A DNA stretch of 64,000 nucleotides, taken from the NCBI GenBank assembly GCA_044369655.1, contig JBILWX010000005.1, positions 2,476 through 66,475 on the forward strand, read 5' to 3'. The notes beneath the pieces are model-generated. The model did no database searches and had not been told where the DNA came from. It saw only the letters and a program-made list of their open reading frames with translations. The position numbers and the translations under genes were made by a program. Below are positions 18,465-26,607 of this stretch, in pieces; the first letter of the stretch is position 1, and the number at the start of each line of letters is the position of its first letter. This DNA is from Pirellulales bacterium. GTDB lineage: Bacteria > Planctomycetota > Planctomycetia > Pirellulales > UBA1268.

Positions 18465-18707
18465 TTACTTCTTCTTCGCCGCCGCTGCCGGAGCCTTGCC
18501 ACCCGCGGCTGCGTCGCCCTCTTCCTTGGCCTTCTTCTTTTTCTTCATCGCAGTCTTCATGACCCGCACCTTGGGAAGTCCCAGGGGGCTGCGGCCATCC
18601 TCCCAGCGGTCCTGCTCCTGGAGCTTGAGGATCCGCTCTCCACGGGACAGGACACCCCGGGCACTGGAAGATCCCTTACGAATGCGGAGGCTCTTGTCCA
18701 TGGTCAT
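18465..18707 (-). CDS. PVC-superphylum signature small basic protein (TIGR04137-like)
   Basis: MTMDKSLR...VLSRGERI...W...SPLGLPKVRV followed by a Lys-rich tail. Confidence 0.88.
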   Translation of the reverse strand: MTMDKSLRIRKGSSSARGVLSRGERILKLQEQDRWEDGRSPLGLPKVRVMKTAMKKKKKAKEEGDAAAGGKAPAAAAKKK

Positions 18708-18784
18708 CGGCGTGGATCCTTCTCTGGGGCGGCGCACAACGGGGGCGGCCGGCGGCGACCAAAATGCCGCGGCCGGGCCCCCAG

Positions 18785-18813
18785 AGATTAGAAACAGCCT
18801 GCCCCGCCTTCAA
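18785..18813 (-). promoter_or_regulatory. Putative sigma70 promoter of the small basic protein gene
   Basis: Minus strand TTGAAG-17 nt-TAATCT. Confidence 0.45.
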
Positions 18814-18902
18814 GCCCTTCCCCGCCAATCCCGGGCGTCGCGGCCGAGCCGGATCGGAAAACAGCGGCTGGCGGGCTTTTTTCGCATGTCTTCCGCAGCC
18901 TG

Positions 18903-19763
18903 TCAGACTGTCACGCCCGCGATTCGTTCGAGGAATTTTTCCATGGACGGTGGACGTTGGTCGGGCTCGGCTGCGATGCAGGACATGATGGCCGTGGCGA
19001 GGGGGGCCGGCATGTCCGCCCAAAGCTCGCGAATGTCTCGCGGCGGCGAATCGTGCCGCAGGGCCGCCTTTCCCCCGGAAGCCCTCGGCCACGGCATGTC
19101 CAGCGTGCAGATCTCGTACGCCGTCACGCCAAAGGAGAAGATGTCGAGCCGTTTGTCGACATGGCGACGGCGGACGACCTCAGGGGCCATGTAGCTCGGG
19201 GTGCCGATCCGATTTCCCGGCTGGAGAAACGCGGGCTTGTCCGGCACGGTGAGACCGAAATCGAAGAGCATGAGATGACCATCCGGACACAACATGAGGT
19301 TGCGTGGGCAGATGTCGCGGTGGATGAACCCGGCGTTGTGGACCGTGGCGATAGCCGTGGCCGCCTGCCGCACGAGATCGAGCCGTTGTGACGGCACGAA
19401 CGGTTCCCGTGCCGACATCGCCGTGTGGAGCACCGTCCCCGGGATGAATTCCATCAGGATGTAGGCCTCGCCCGCAGTCGACTCTCCCCATTCCAGCGTC
19501 TTGGCGATGTTCGGCCCGAGGATACGGGAGCCGATCTCGCCCTCGCCGGGCTTGTTCAGCCCGCGGTAGCGTCCTTCCACCGGCCCGCTTTTCTTGCCAT
19601 CGATGATCTTCAGCCCCCGCACTTGGCCCGTCGCGATATCGCGGACCTTGTAGAACTGCGACATCGTGCCGCTCACGCCCTCCCGCATCCGTTCGTAACG
19701 GCGCCAGAGATCGACACGGGGCTTCCCTCCGAAAAACCGGGAGAGGAATCCGGAAACAGGCAT
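18903..19763 (-). CDS. Stand-alone Ser/Thr protein kinase (atypical motifs)
   Basis: GLKII, HRDICPRN, DFG, GTPSYMAPE, DIFSFG. Confidence 0.88.
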   Translation of the reverse strand: MPVSGFLSRFFGGKPRVDLWRRYERMREGVSGTMSQFYKVRDIATGQVRGLKIIDGKKSGPVEGRYRGLNKPGEGEIGSRILGPNIAKTLEWGESTAGEAYILMEFIPGTVLHTAMSAREPFVPSQRLDLVRQAATAIATVHNAGFIHRDICPRNLMLCPDGHLMLFDFGLTVPDKPAFLQPGNRIGTPSYMAPEVVRRRHVDKRLDIFSFGVTAYEICTLDMPWPRASGGKAALRHDSPPRDIRELWADMPAPLATAIMSCIAAEPDQRPPSMEKFLERIAGVTV

Positions 19764-19854
19764 GGTGCGGGGGTCGGTGGTGGGTGCTGCTCGCCGCGGT
19801 GCAAAGCCGCCGGTTCGAGCAACCTCCTCCAGGATACCATGCTGCCGGCCATCC

Positions 19855-20658
19855 TCACGGATAGAGCACGGGATTGAGGGGATCGTCCATGACCTCGCCG
19901 ATCCGCGTGGCGGGGGTCCATTTGTCGTGGTCGGCCTGCTGATTGGCATTCTTCGGCTCGGCCAACCGCATGTCGATGTCCATGTAGATCACCGTATGGA
20001 CTTGGCGCGGCGCGGTCGTCGTGTTGGGGCCGGCGCGGTGGAGCGTCCAGCCGAGGTGGAACGACACGTCCCCGGCCGCATAGGGCTCGGTCACCTCCAG
20101 CACCCCCTGTTCCCTGATCGCCTCGCGAATGATGCGTTCCGAGGTGTCCGAGATCTCGAGATCGCGGCCGATCCGCTTGAGATGGCTGCCCCGTCCGAAC
20201 GAGAGCGGCCCCATCTCGAGCGGCACGGCGTGCAGCGGGATCCAGGCAGTCACGCTCAGCGGACTGGCCATCGGCCAGTATTGCTGGTCGGTATGCCAGG
20301 GCGTGAATCCGCCGCTGGGTTCCTTGTAGAGCGCCTGGTCATGCCACAGCCTCACCCCCCGCGTGCCGAGCAGTTCCGTGGCGATCCGCGCCAGCCGCCT
20401 CGAAAAGGTGAGCCGTTTGGCGTCCGGGCTCTTCTCCCAAAGGTTGCCCACCTGGATGAATGCCTTGCCGTAGGTGTCGCGCCGTTCCAATGGCACGTCC
20501 GCCATCGGGTTGTGCTCCATCGTGACCCGGGTGATTTCGTGCTTGCAGGCGTCGAGCGTGGGGAGATCGAACACCTCCGGCAGCCGAATGAATCCATCGT
20601 CACGAAACTGCTGCTTCTGGGCGTCGGTGAGCGGGTAGGGGGCGTCGAGCGTGGTCAT
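19855..20658 (-). CDS. Phytanoyl-CoA dioxygenase (PhyH) family Fe(II)/2-oxoglutarate oxygenase
   Basis: FRDDGFI, TPWHTD, TAWIPL, GDVSFH, TLHRAGPN. Confidence 0.9.
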   Translation of the reverse strand: MTTLDAPYPLTDAQKQQFRDDGFIRLPEVFDLPTLDACKHEITRVTMEHNPMADVPLERRDTYGKAFIQVGNLWEKSPDAKRLTFSRRLARIATELLGTRGVRLWHDQALYKEPSGGFTPWHTDQQYWPMASPLSVTAWIPLHAVPLEMGPLSFGRGSHLKRIGRDLEISDTSERIIREAIREQGVLEVTEPYAAGDVSFHLGWTLHRAGPNTTTAPRQVHTVIYMDIDMRLAEPKNANQQADHDKWTPATRIGEVMDDPLNPVLYP

Positions 20659-20872
20659 GGGGGATCTCCGTACTCCGTGACGAAACGGCGAGGCAAGCTG
20701 ACGCCGGCCCGGGCCGGCGCTTCCTCGGCAGGAATCCTGACAGGAGCAGCCCGTCCGATCTCCGCCGGACTCGCCACGAACTGATACTATTTTGATCCTG
20801 TCCCTGGCCTCCCGGTGGCTTCCTGGCTTCGATCCCATTGCTCGGACTCGCCATCCCGCCCTGCCGCCCTCC

Positions 20873-21745
20873 ATGCTTCCCGATCTCGAACATGTCGTGC
20901 CGACACCGGGGCGCTCGCTCGCCTGGGACGCCTTCGACCTGCCCTGCTTTCCCTACCGCTGGCACTTTCATCCCGAATACGAACTGACGCTGATCACATC
21001 CGGACATGGAAGGCGATTCGTCGGGGATTCGATCGAGCCCTTCGATGCGGGTGATCTGGTCCTGCTCGGCCCCCACCTGCCGCACACCTGGCATTCGGCG
21101 GTCGCCCGCGGACACCGCAGCCGGGCCATGGTGATCCGGTTTGCCGCCGATTTCCTGGGAAACGGTTTTTTCGAGCGGCCGGAACTGACACGGATCAACG
21201 GCCTGCTCGGGCGTTCCTCACGGGGGATCGTGTTCTGTGAGTCTGCCGCGCGGCAGATCGCACCTGTGGTCGAGGCCACAGGCCACTCCCCTCCGTTCGA
21301 ACAGTTGCTCGCGCTGCTGCAGATTCTGCAGGGACTGGCGGTGCGGGGACGGGGCCGACCGCTTTCCAGCCTGGCCTACGAGTCCGCTCCGCGGTCACGC
21401 GACGCAAAACGGATCGATCGTGCCTGCCGCTACTTTCTCGAGCACCTGGAACGGCCGTTGTCGCTCGCGGAGGTGGCGGCCGTGGCCAATCTGTCGCCAG
21501 CGGGTTTCAGCCGCTTCTTCCGCCGCATGACGGGGCGGACGTTCGTGGGCTGGGGGCATGAAGTCCGCATCGGGCATGCCTGTCGGCTGCTGGTGCAAAC
21601 CGACCGCTCGGTGCTCGACATCGCGATCGACTCAGGGTTCGGCAACCTGTCGCACTTCAACCGCGTCTTCCGACGGCTGCGTGGCCGCACGCCCCGGGAG
21701 TTTCGGGAAGGACACGGTCGCCCCGCCGTCGTCAGGCCTTCTTGA
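20873..21745 (+). CDS. AraC family transcriptional regulator (cupin + double HTH)
   Basis: WHFHPEYEL, GPHLPHTW; FSRFFRRMTG, SGFGNLSHFNRVFRR, TPREFR. Confidence 0.93.
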   Translation: MLPDLEHVVPTPGRSLAWDAFDLPCFPYRWHFHPEYELTLITSGHGRRFVGDSIEPFDAGDLVLLGPHLPHTWHSAVARGHRSRAMVIRFAADFLGNGFFERPELTRINGLLGRSSRGIVFCESAARQIAPVVEATGHSPPFEQLLALLQILQGLAVRGRGRPLSSLAYESAPRSRDAKRIDRACRYFLEHLERPLSLAEVAAVANLSPAGFSRFFRRMTGRTFVGWGHEVRIGHACRLLVQTDRSVLDIAIDSGFGNLSHFNRVFRRLRGRTPREFREGHGRPAVVRPS

Positions 21746-21902
21746 GGGCGGCCAGTTCGGCGTGCGCGGCAGCGAGTTCCTTCTCGAGCCTGGGCACCTC
21801 GGCCGGGTCGTCGGGCTGCTTCTTGGCGCCCGTCAGCAACTGCTGCAGTTTGGCGATCTTCTGCTGCAGCACTTCCAGCCGCTTTTTTTCTTTCTTGTCC
21901 AT
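21732..21902 (-). CDS. Small coiled-coil hypothetical protein (56 aa)
   Basis: MDKKEKKRLEVLQQKIAKLQQLL...; GGAG upstream; coding-like codon usage. Confidence 0.7.
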   Translation of the reverse strand: MDKKEKKRLEVLQQKIAKLQQLLTGAKKQPDDPAEVPRLEKELAAAHAELAALKKA

Positions 21903-21969
21903 CGCACGTGCTCCACTCGAACGAACCGATGCGGCGAACCGGGCAACACCCGACCGCCAGATCGTGGCA

Positions 21970-22632
21970 TCACTCTCCAGCAGCTGCCGCCGGTGCGGCC
22001 TCGGAGCCGCCTGCGGCAGGCTCGCGAAATACCGATCCCGCCCTGCCATCTCGGTAGCGGTCGTCACCCTGCTCCCCTGCGTCCGCATCGCGGTCGAGGG
22101 CGGCGTCGGCACGACGCGTGCCGGAAGGCATGCTCACGCCGCCGCTTTCCCCTCGATTCGGGCCCGTGTGCAACTGGCGCATCCAGCCCGACAGCAGCAC
22201 CACGCCCAGCATCAGCCCGAGCGTGACGGAGAGCCACTTGGCCCGGTCGTTCCGCACCCACTGCGTGCCCTCCCCGCGTCCGACCAGCGCACTGGCGAAG
22301 TAGAAGGCCACCATCGCCAGCAGGAACTTCGCACCGAACAGGGCGTGGTAGTTGTACTGTCGCATCCAGAAGCCACCTTCCCAGCCTTCCGCCTTCACCC
22401 GGGCATTGAACAGCAGGAAGTTTGCCAGACCGCTCGCCAGCAGGACGGTGATCGCACCGATCACCCACGGCAGCCAGCGCCGGCGGATCGCGTCGTGGAT
22501 CCTGTCCCGCGTGGCGGTGTCGATCTCGGAGAGCGCCGGCACCAGCGCGAAGCGGGCGAAGACGAGGCCACCCATCGCCGCGACGGCGGCGAGCACGTGG
22601 GCCCAGCGGAGCAGGAGGAGGGTCGGGTCCAT
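21970..22632 (-). CDS. Four-TM membrane protein (CopD/DUF4149-like)
   Basis: [15 protein letters not shown] first helix plus three further hydrophobic segments. Confidence 0.65.
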   Translation of the reverse strand: MDPTLLLLRWAHVLAAVAAMGGLVFARFALVPALSEIDTATRDRIHDAIRRRWLPWVIGAITVLLASGLANFLLFNARVKAEGWEGGFWMRQYNYHALFGAKFLLAMVAFYFASALVGRGEGTQWVRNDRAKWLSVTLGLMLGVVLLSGWMRQLHTGPNRGESGGVSMPSGTRRADAALDRDADAGEQGDDRYRDGRAGSVFREPAAGGSEAAPAAAAGE

Positions 22633-22802
22633 GGAGTATTCCTGGGATGATGACTTCGGACCGGGGCATGGTACCCGATGGCAAGCCTGTCCCCAAACGA
22701 GCGGCTGGGATCGGCCATTTGTGGACCCCGTCGCACGGCGATTACAGTGCGGCTCACCTCAGGCGGGCCGCCGCCCTTCGGACACCTTCCACGAACCACG
22801 CC

Positions 22803-23333
22803 ATGCTTCCCGACGACGTGCCTCCACCGAATGAATCGCTGGAGGATCTGCTGGCCGCTTTCGGACACGGACTGACGGGCGAACGAGCGCATACCCGCTG
22901 GATGCGGCTGGCGCTCGAGGAAGCGCGGATGGCCGCGGCCGAGGACGAGGTGCCGGTGGGTGCGATCGTGGTGGCGGCCGGTCGGGTGATCGCCAGCGCC
23001 CACAACCAGCGGGAACAGCTGGCCGACCCCACGGCCCATGCCGAGATGATCGCGCTCACGCAGGCCGCCGCGGCGCTCGGCTCCTGGCGGCTGGAGGGCT
23101 GTACGCTCTACGTCACGCTCGAGCCCTGCCCGATGTGTGCCGGCGCGATCCTGCAGGCCCGCGTGCCCATCGTGGTCTGGGGCGCTCCCGACCCCAAGGC
23201 GGGTGCCGTCGAATCGCTCTACAGGCTCTTTGAAGACCCGCGGCTCAATCACCGCGTCGACCACACCGGCCGGGTGCTGGCCGACGAATGCGGCCAGATC
23301 CTGAGCGCCTTCTTTCGAGGGAAGCGAAAGTGA
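22803..23333 (+). CDS. tadA: tRNA adenosine(34) deaminase
   Basis: [32 protein letters not shown]-terminus. Confidence 0.94.
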   Translation: MLPDDVPPPNESLEDLLAAFGHGLTGERAHTRWMRLALEEARMAAAEDEVPVGAIVVAAGRVIASAHNQREQLADPTAHAEMIALTQAAAALGSWRLEGCTLYVTLEPCPMCAGAILQARVPIVVWGAPDPKAGAVESLYRLFEDPRLNHRVDHTGRVLADECGQILSAFFRGKRK

Positions 23334-23456
23334 AGTCAGCCTTCGCAGTCGTCGCCATCCAAGCCCGCAGCGCAAGCGAGAGAATGCGTTCCCACCGGTG
23401 ATAACCCACCGCCGGGACGGCAGAAGTCTCGTCGCTACGGCGAGGATACGCCTAAC

Positions 23457-23707
23457 GCTCCTCGAGCTTCCGCCGATCCCAGCTCCCCGTTTTGACTGCA
23501 TGGCAGGATGCCATGCGCAGCACCAGCAAACTGCGTTTGCCAAGAAAAAACGACACGATGTCGTGTTTTTCGTGCAGACGGCTCCTCGAGCTTCCGCCGA
23601 TCCCGGCTCCCCGTTTTGACTGCATGGCAGGATGCCATGCGCAGCACCAGCAAACTGCGTTTGCCAAGAAAAAACGACACGATGTCGTGTTTTTCGTGCA
23701 GACGGCT
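23457..23707. repeat. 124-bp tandem repeat, two copies, containing three hairpins
   Basis: Units 23457-23580 and 23581-23704 differ at a single base; lies between convergent tadA and gltA. Confidence 0.95.
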
Positions 23708-25061
23708 AGCTGCGATTGGTGATCGGCACGAATTCGCGGAGGGTTTCGCCCGTGTAGATCTGGCGCGGACGGCAGATCTTCTTCGTGGGCGAATGGTGCA
23801 TCTCGATCCAGTGCGCGATCCAGCCCGGCAGCCGTCCCATCGCGAAGAGCACGGTGAACATCTGCACCGGGATGCCCATCGCCCGGTAGATGACCCCCGA
23901 ATAGAAGTCGACGTTGGGATAGAGCTTGCGCTCGATGAAATACTCGTCGGCGAGCGCGACCTCTTCCAACTGCTGGGCGATGTCGAAAATCGGATCCCGC
24001 AGCGAGAGCTTGGCGAGGAGCTTGTCGCAGGTGGCCTTGATCAGCTTCGCGCGGGGATCGTAGTTCTTGTAGACGCGATGGCCGAAGCCCATCAGGCGGA
24101 ACCCCGAGTCCTTTTTCTTGGCCAGATCGACGTACTTCTTCACGTTGCCGCCGTCGGCGCCGATCTTCTCGAGCATCTCCACGCAGGCCTGATTGGCACC
24201 GCCGTGGAGCGGCCCCCAGAGGGCGGAGATGCCGGCCGAGATGCTGGCAAAGAGGTTGGCGTCGCTCGATCCCACCATGCGGACCGTCGAGGTGGAGCAA
24301 TTTTGCTCGTGATCGGCATGCACGATCAACAGCATGTCGAGGGCGTCGGCGAAGTCGGGGTCGCAGTGGTACTCCTCGCACGGCACGGCGAACATCATCT
24401 GCAGGAAGTTTTCGCAGTAGGAGAGATCATTGCGAGGATAGATGAGCGGCTGGCCGATCGACTTCTTGTGGCTGTACGCCGCGATGGTGGGAAGTTTGGC
24501 CAGCAGACGATGCACGCTCACTTCGACCTGCCGCGGATCGCGGACGTCGAGCGAATCCTGGTAGAAGGTCGACAGGGCGCCCACCACGCTGCCCAGGATC
24601 GCCATGGGATGCGCGTCTCGGGGAAACCCGTTGTAGAAGCTGCGCATGTCCTCGTGGATCATCGTGTGGTGCGACAGCGCCATCCGGAACCCGTCGAGCT
24701 CGGCGGCGTCGGGCAGCTTGCCGTAGATCAGCAGGTAGGCCACCTCGACGAAGTCGCACTTCTCGGCCAGGACTTCGATGGGATAGCCGCGATAGCGCAG
24801 GATGCCCTTCTCGCCGTCGAGAAACGTGATCGCGCTGGTGGTGGAGCCGGTGTTGACGAAGCCCTCGTCGAGGGTGATGGCGCCCGTCGAACTCCGCAGC
24901 TTGGCGATGTCGATGCCGTGTTCCCCTTCCGTGCCCACGACCACCGGCAGTTCGGTGACGCGGCCGTCGATCTCCAGCCTGGCCTTCCCCGCCGACTTGG
25001 CACCCGGCCACGGTGGCACTGCAGCCGCTGGTGGCACGGCGGACGTTGCTGGAACACTCAT
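23706..25061 (-). CDS. gltA: Citrate synthase
   Basis: GILRYRGYPI, HADHEQNCST, GPLHGGAN, MGFGHRVYKNYDPR, YPNVDFYSG. Confidence 0.97.
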   Translation of the reverse strand: MSVPATSAVPPAAAVPPWPGAKSAGKARLEIDGRVTELPVVVGTEGEHGIDIAKLRSSTGAITLDEGFVNTGSTTSAITFLDGEKGILRYRGYPIEVLAEKCDFVEVAYLLIYGKLPDAAELDGFRMALSHHTMIHEDMRSFYNGFPRDAHPMAILGSVVGALSTFYQDSLDVRDPRQVEVSVHRLLAKLPTIAAYSHKKSIGQPLIYPRNDLSYCENFLQMMFAVPCEEYHCDPDFADALDMLLIVHADHEQNCSTSTVRMVGSSDANLFASISAGISALWGPLHGGANQACVEMLEKIGADGGNVKKYVDLAKKKDSGFRLMGFGHRVYKNYDPRAKLIKATCDKLLAKLSLRDPIFDIAQQLEEVALADEYFIERKLYPNVDFYSGVIYRAMGIPVQMFTVLFAMGRLPGWIAHWIEMHHSPTKKICRPRQIYTGETLREFVPITNRS

Positions 25062-25188
25062 GGGCACGATCTCCTGGGCGTTGGGGCTGCCGGCACCAAG
25101 CGGAGCGCCGGCAGCGAATGTCCGCCGAAAACGGCAGTCTAGCCCGCTCGGCACTGGTCGGCAATCGTGCGCAGGCGACTGCCGATCG

Positions 25189-26607
25189 TCAGCGTGTCTT
25201 CCGGGGCTGGCTTGCGGTCTGGGCGGCCGGCTGAGCCGCGCCTCCGGCGGGATCGTCGTCGAAAATCGTCCAGACAGGAGTTCGTTCGCGGATGACGGTG
25301 AGATACTCTTCCATCTCTCGTTTGCGCCGCTCGTCCTCGAGCGTGCTGCGGATCTCCACCTGGGCCTCGATGAACGGCGTGCGTCCGGCCTCCGTCCGCT
25401 CGATCACCCGCACGATGTGCAGGGCAGAGCCGTCTTCGAGAATCGCGCTCAACTGCCCCACAGGCAGCGTGAAAACCGCCTCGTCGACGACCTTCGATAC
25501 CAGGCTCCCCTTCGTCGTCCAGTCGTAGGCTCCGCCGGTCGAAGCCGTCGGCCCCTCGGAACGGCTGCGGGCGACGTCGGCGAACGGCTTGCCCTGCATC
25601 ACGTCGTTGCCCATGGCAGCCAGCAGGCTCCATGCCTGTCCGCGGGGGCGGCTGGCCGAGATCTTCACGGAAAGCTGTTCGAAACGGACCTTGGCCGGAT
25701 ACTCGTAGTCGGCCAGATGATTCTGGTACCAGGCGATCATTTCCGCGTGCGGAATCTCCCCGTCATCGACCACCTTCTGCTGCACCCATTGCTGGGCGAG
25801 AGCACGCTCGAAGAACGTCTTCCGGATGCGGTCGAGCGACTGTCCCCTGGACCGCAACAGCTGGTCGTATTCGAGGGCGTTGGCCACCCCCGCATCCTTG
25901 ACCAGCCGCGGCAGTTGCTGCTGGTCGAACGCCTCGTTGACCTTCTTCTCGATCTCCGGCAGCCGATCCTCGGGAATCGTGCGGCAGGCGTCGACGTAGA
26001 CGATCAACGATTCGACATGCTGCTTGATCACCTGCCGGCAGATTTGCGTCTTCAGTTCGCGGATCTGCTCGGGCGTGAGTCCTCCCGAGACCTTGTCGAG
26101 CCAGGCGAGCGCCGAGGGAGTGAGCAGGTCTCCCTCCAGCACGACCTCCGGACCGACGCGGGCAACGACACGGGCATTGTCGAGCGATTGCATGGCCGCC
26201 GGCTGTCCAGAGGCGGCGGTACCCGACGGCAGCGTTTCCTCGAAACCGGCCTGGATGACGGCGGACTTGCGACCCGCCTCCACTCCTGCCGCGTCGATCG
26301 GGGCGGCGATGGGTTCGAGCGGACCGCCGGGGTTGGCAAGAATGCTCGACAGCACATGGTTGTCCACGCCGGCCTTGGCACCGCCGGTGCGACCGGGCCA
26401 GCCCTCGGGCCGCGACAGGGCCTTGGGAACATGGGGCATCTGCCCGGGACCGACCATGCTGCGAGCGGCAGGGGCCGCGGCGGCCGGATCGTCGGACGGC
26501 GGCGACGGGTTCTGGGCCGATGCGATGCCCGCAGTGAGCAGGGCGACCGCGCAGCATGTGCCGGCAATGCTGACGCGCACCTGGGATTGCGGGCCGGGAT
26601 GGTTCAT
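25189..26607 (-). CDS. Secreted PpiC-type peptidyl-prolyl isomerase (SurA/PrsA-like)
   Basis: Signal peptide; FADVARSRSEGP..GG..W..KG, AVFTLPVGQLS, HIVRV; start overlaps the mfd stop. Confidence 0.85.
   Translation of the reverse strand: MNHPGPQSQVRVSIAGTCCAVALLTAGIASAQNPSPPSDDPAAAAPAARSMVGPGQMPHVPKALSRPEGWPGRTGGAKAGVDNHVLSSILANPGGPLEPIAAPIDAAGVEAGRKSAVIQAGFEETLPSGTAASGQPAAMQSLDNARVVARVGPEVVLEGDLLTPSALAWLDKVSGGLTPEQIRELKTQICRQVIKQHVESLIVYVDACRTIPEDRLPEIEKKVNEAFDQQQLPRLVKDAGVANALEYDQLLRSRGQSLDRIRKTFFERALAQQWVQQKVVDDGEIPHAEMIAWYQNHLADYEYPAKVRFEQLSVKISASRPRGQAWSLLAAMGNDVMQGKPFADVARSRSEGPTASTGGAYDWTTKGSLVSKVVDEAVFTLPVGQLSAILEDGSALHIVRVIERTEAGRTPFIEAQVEIRSTLEDERRKREMEEYLTVIRERTPVWTIFDDDPAGGAAQPAAQTASQPRKTR

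Noticed and set aside
23457..23707. CRISPR array
   Set aside because: Whole 124-bp units are duplicated with no unique spacers and no cas genes; the small ORFs over it are repeat artefacts
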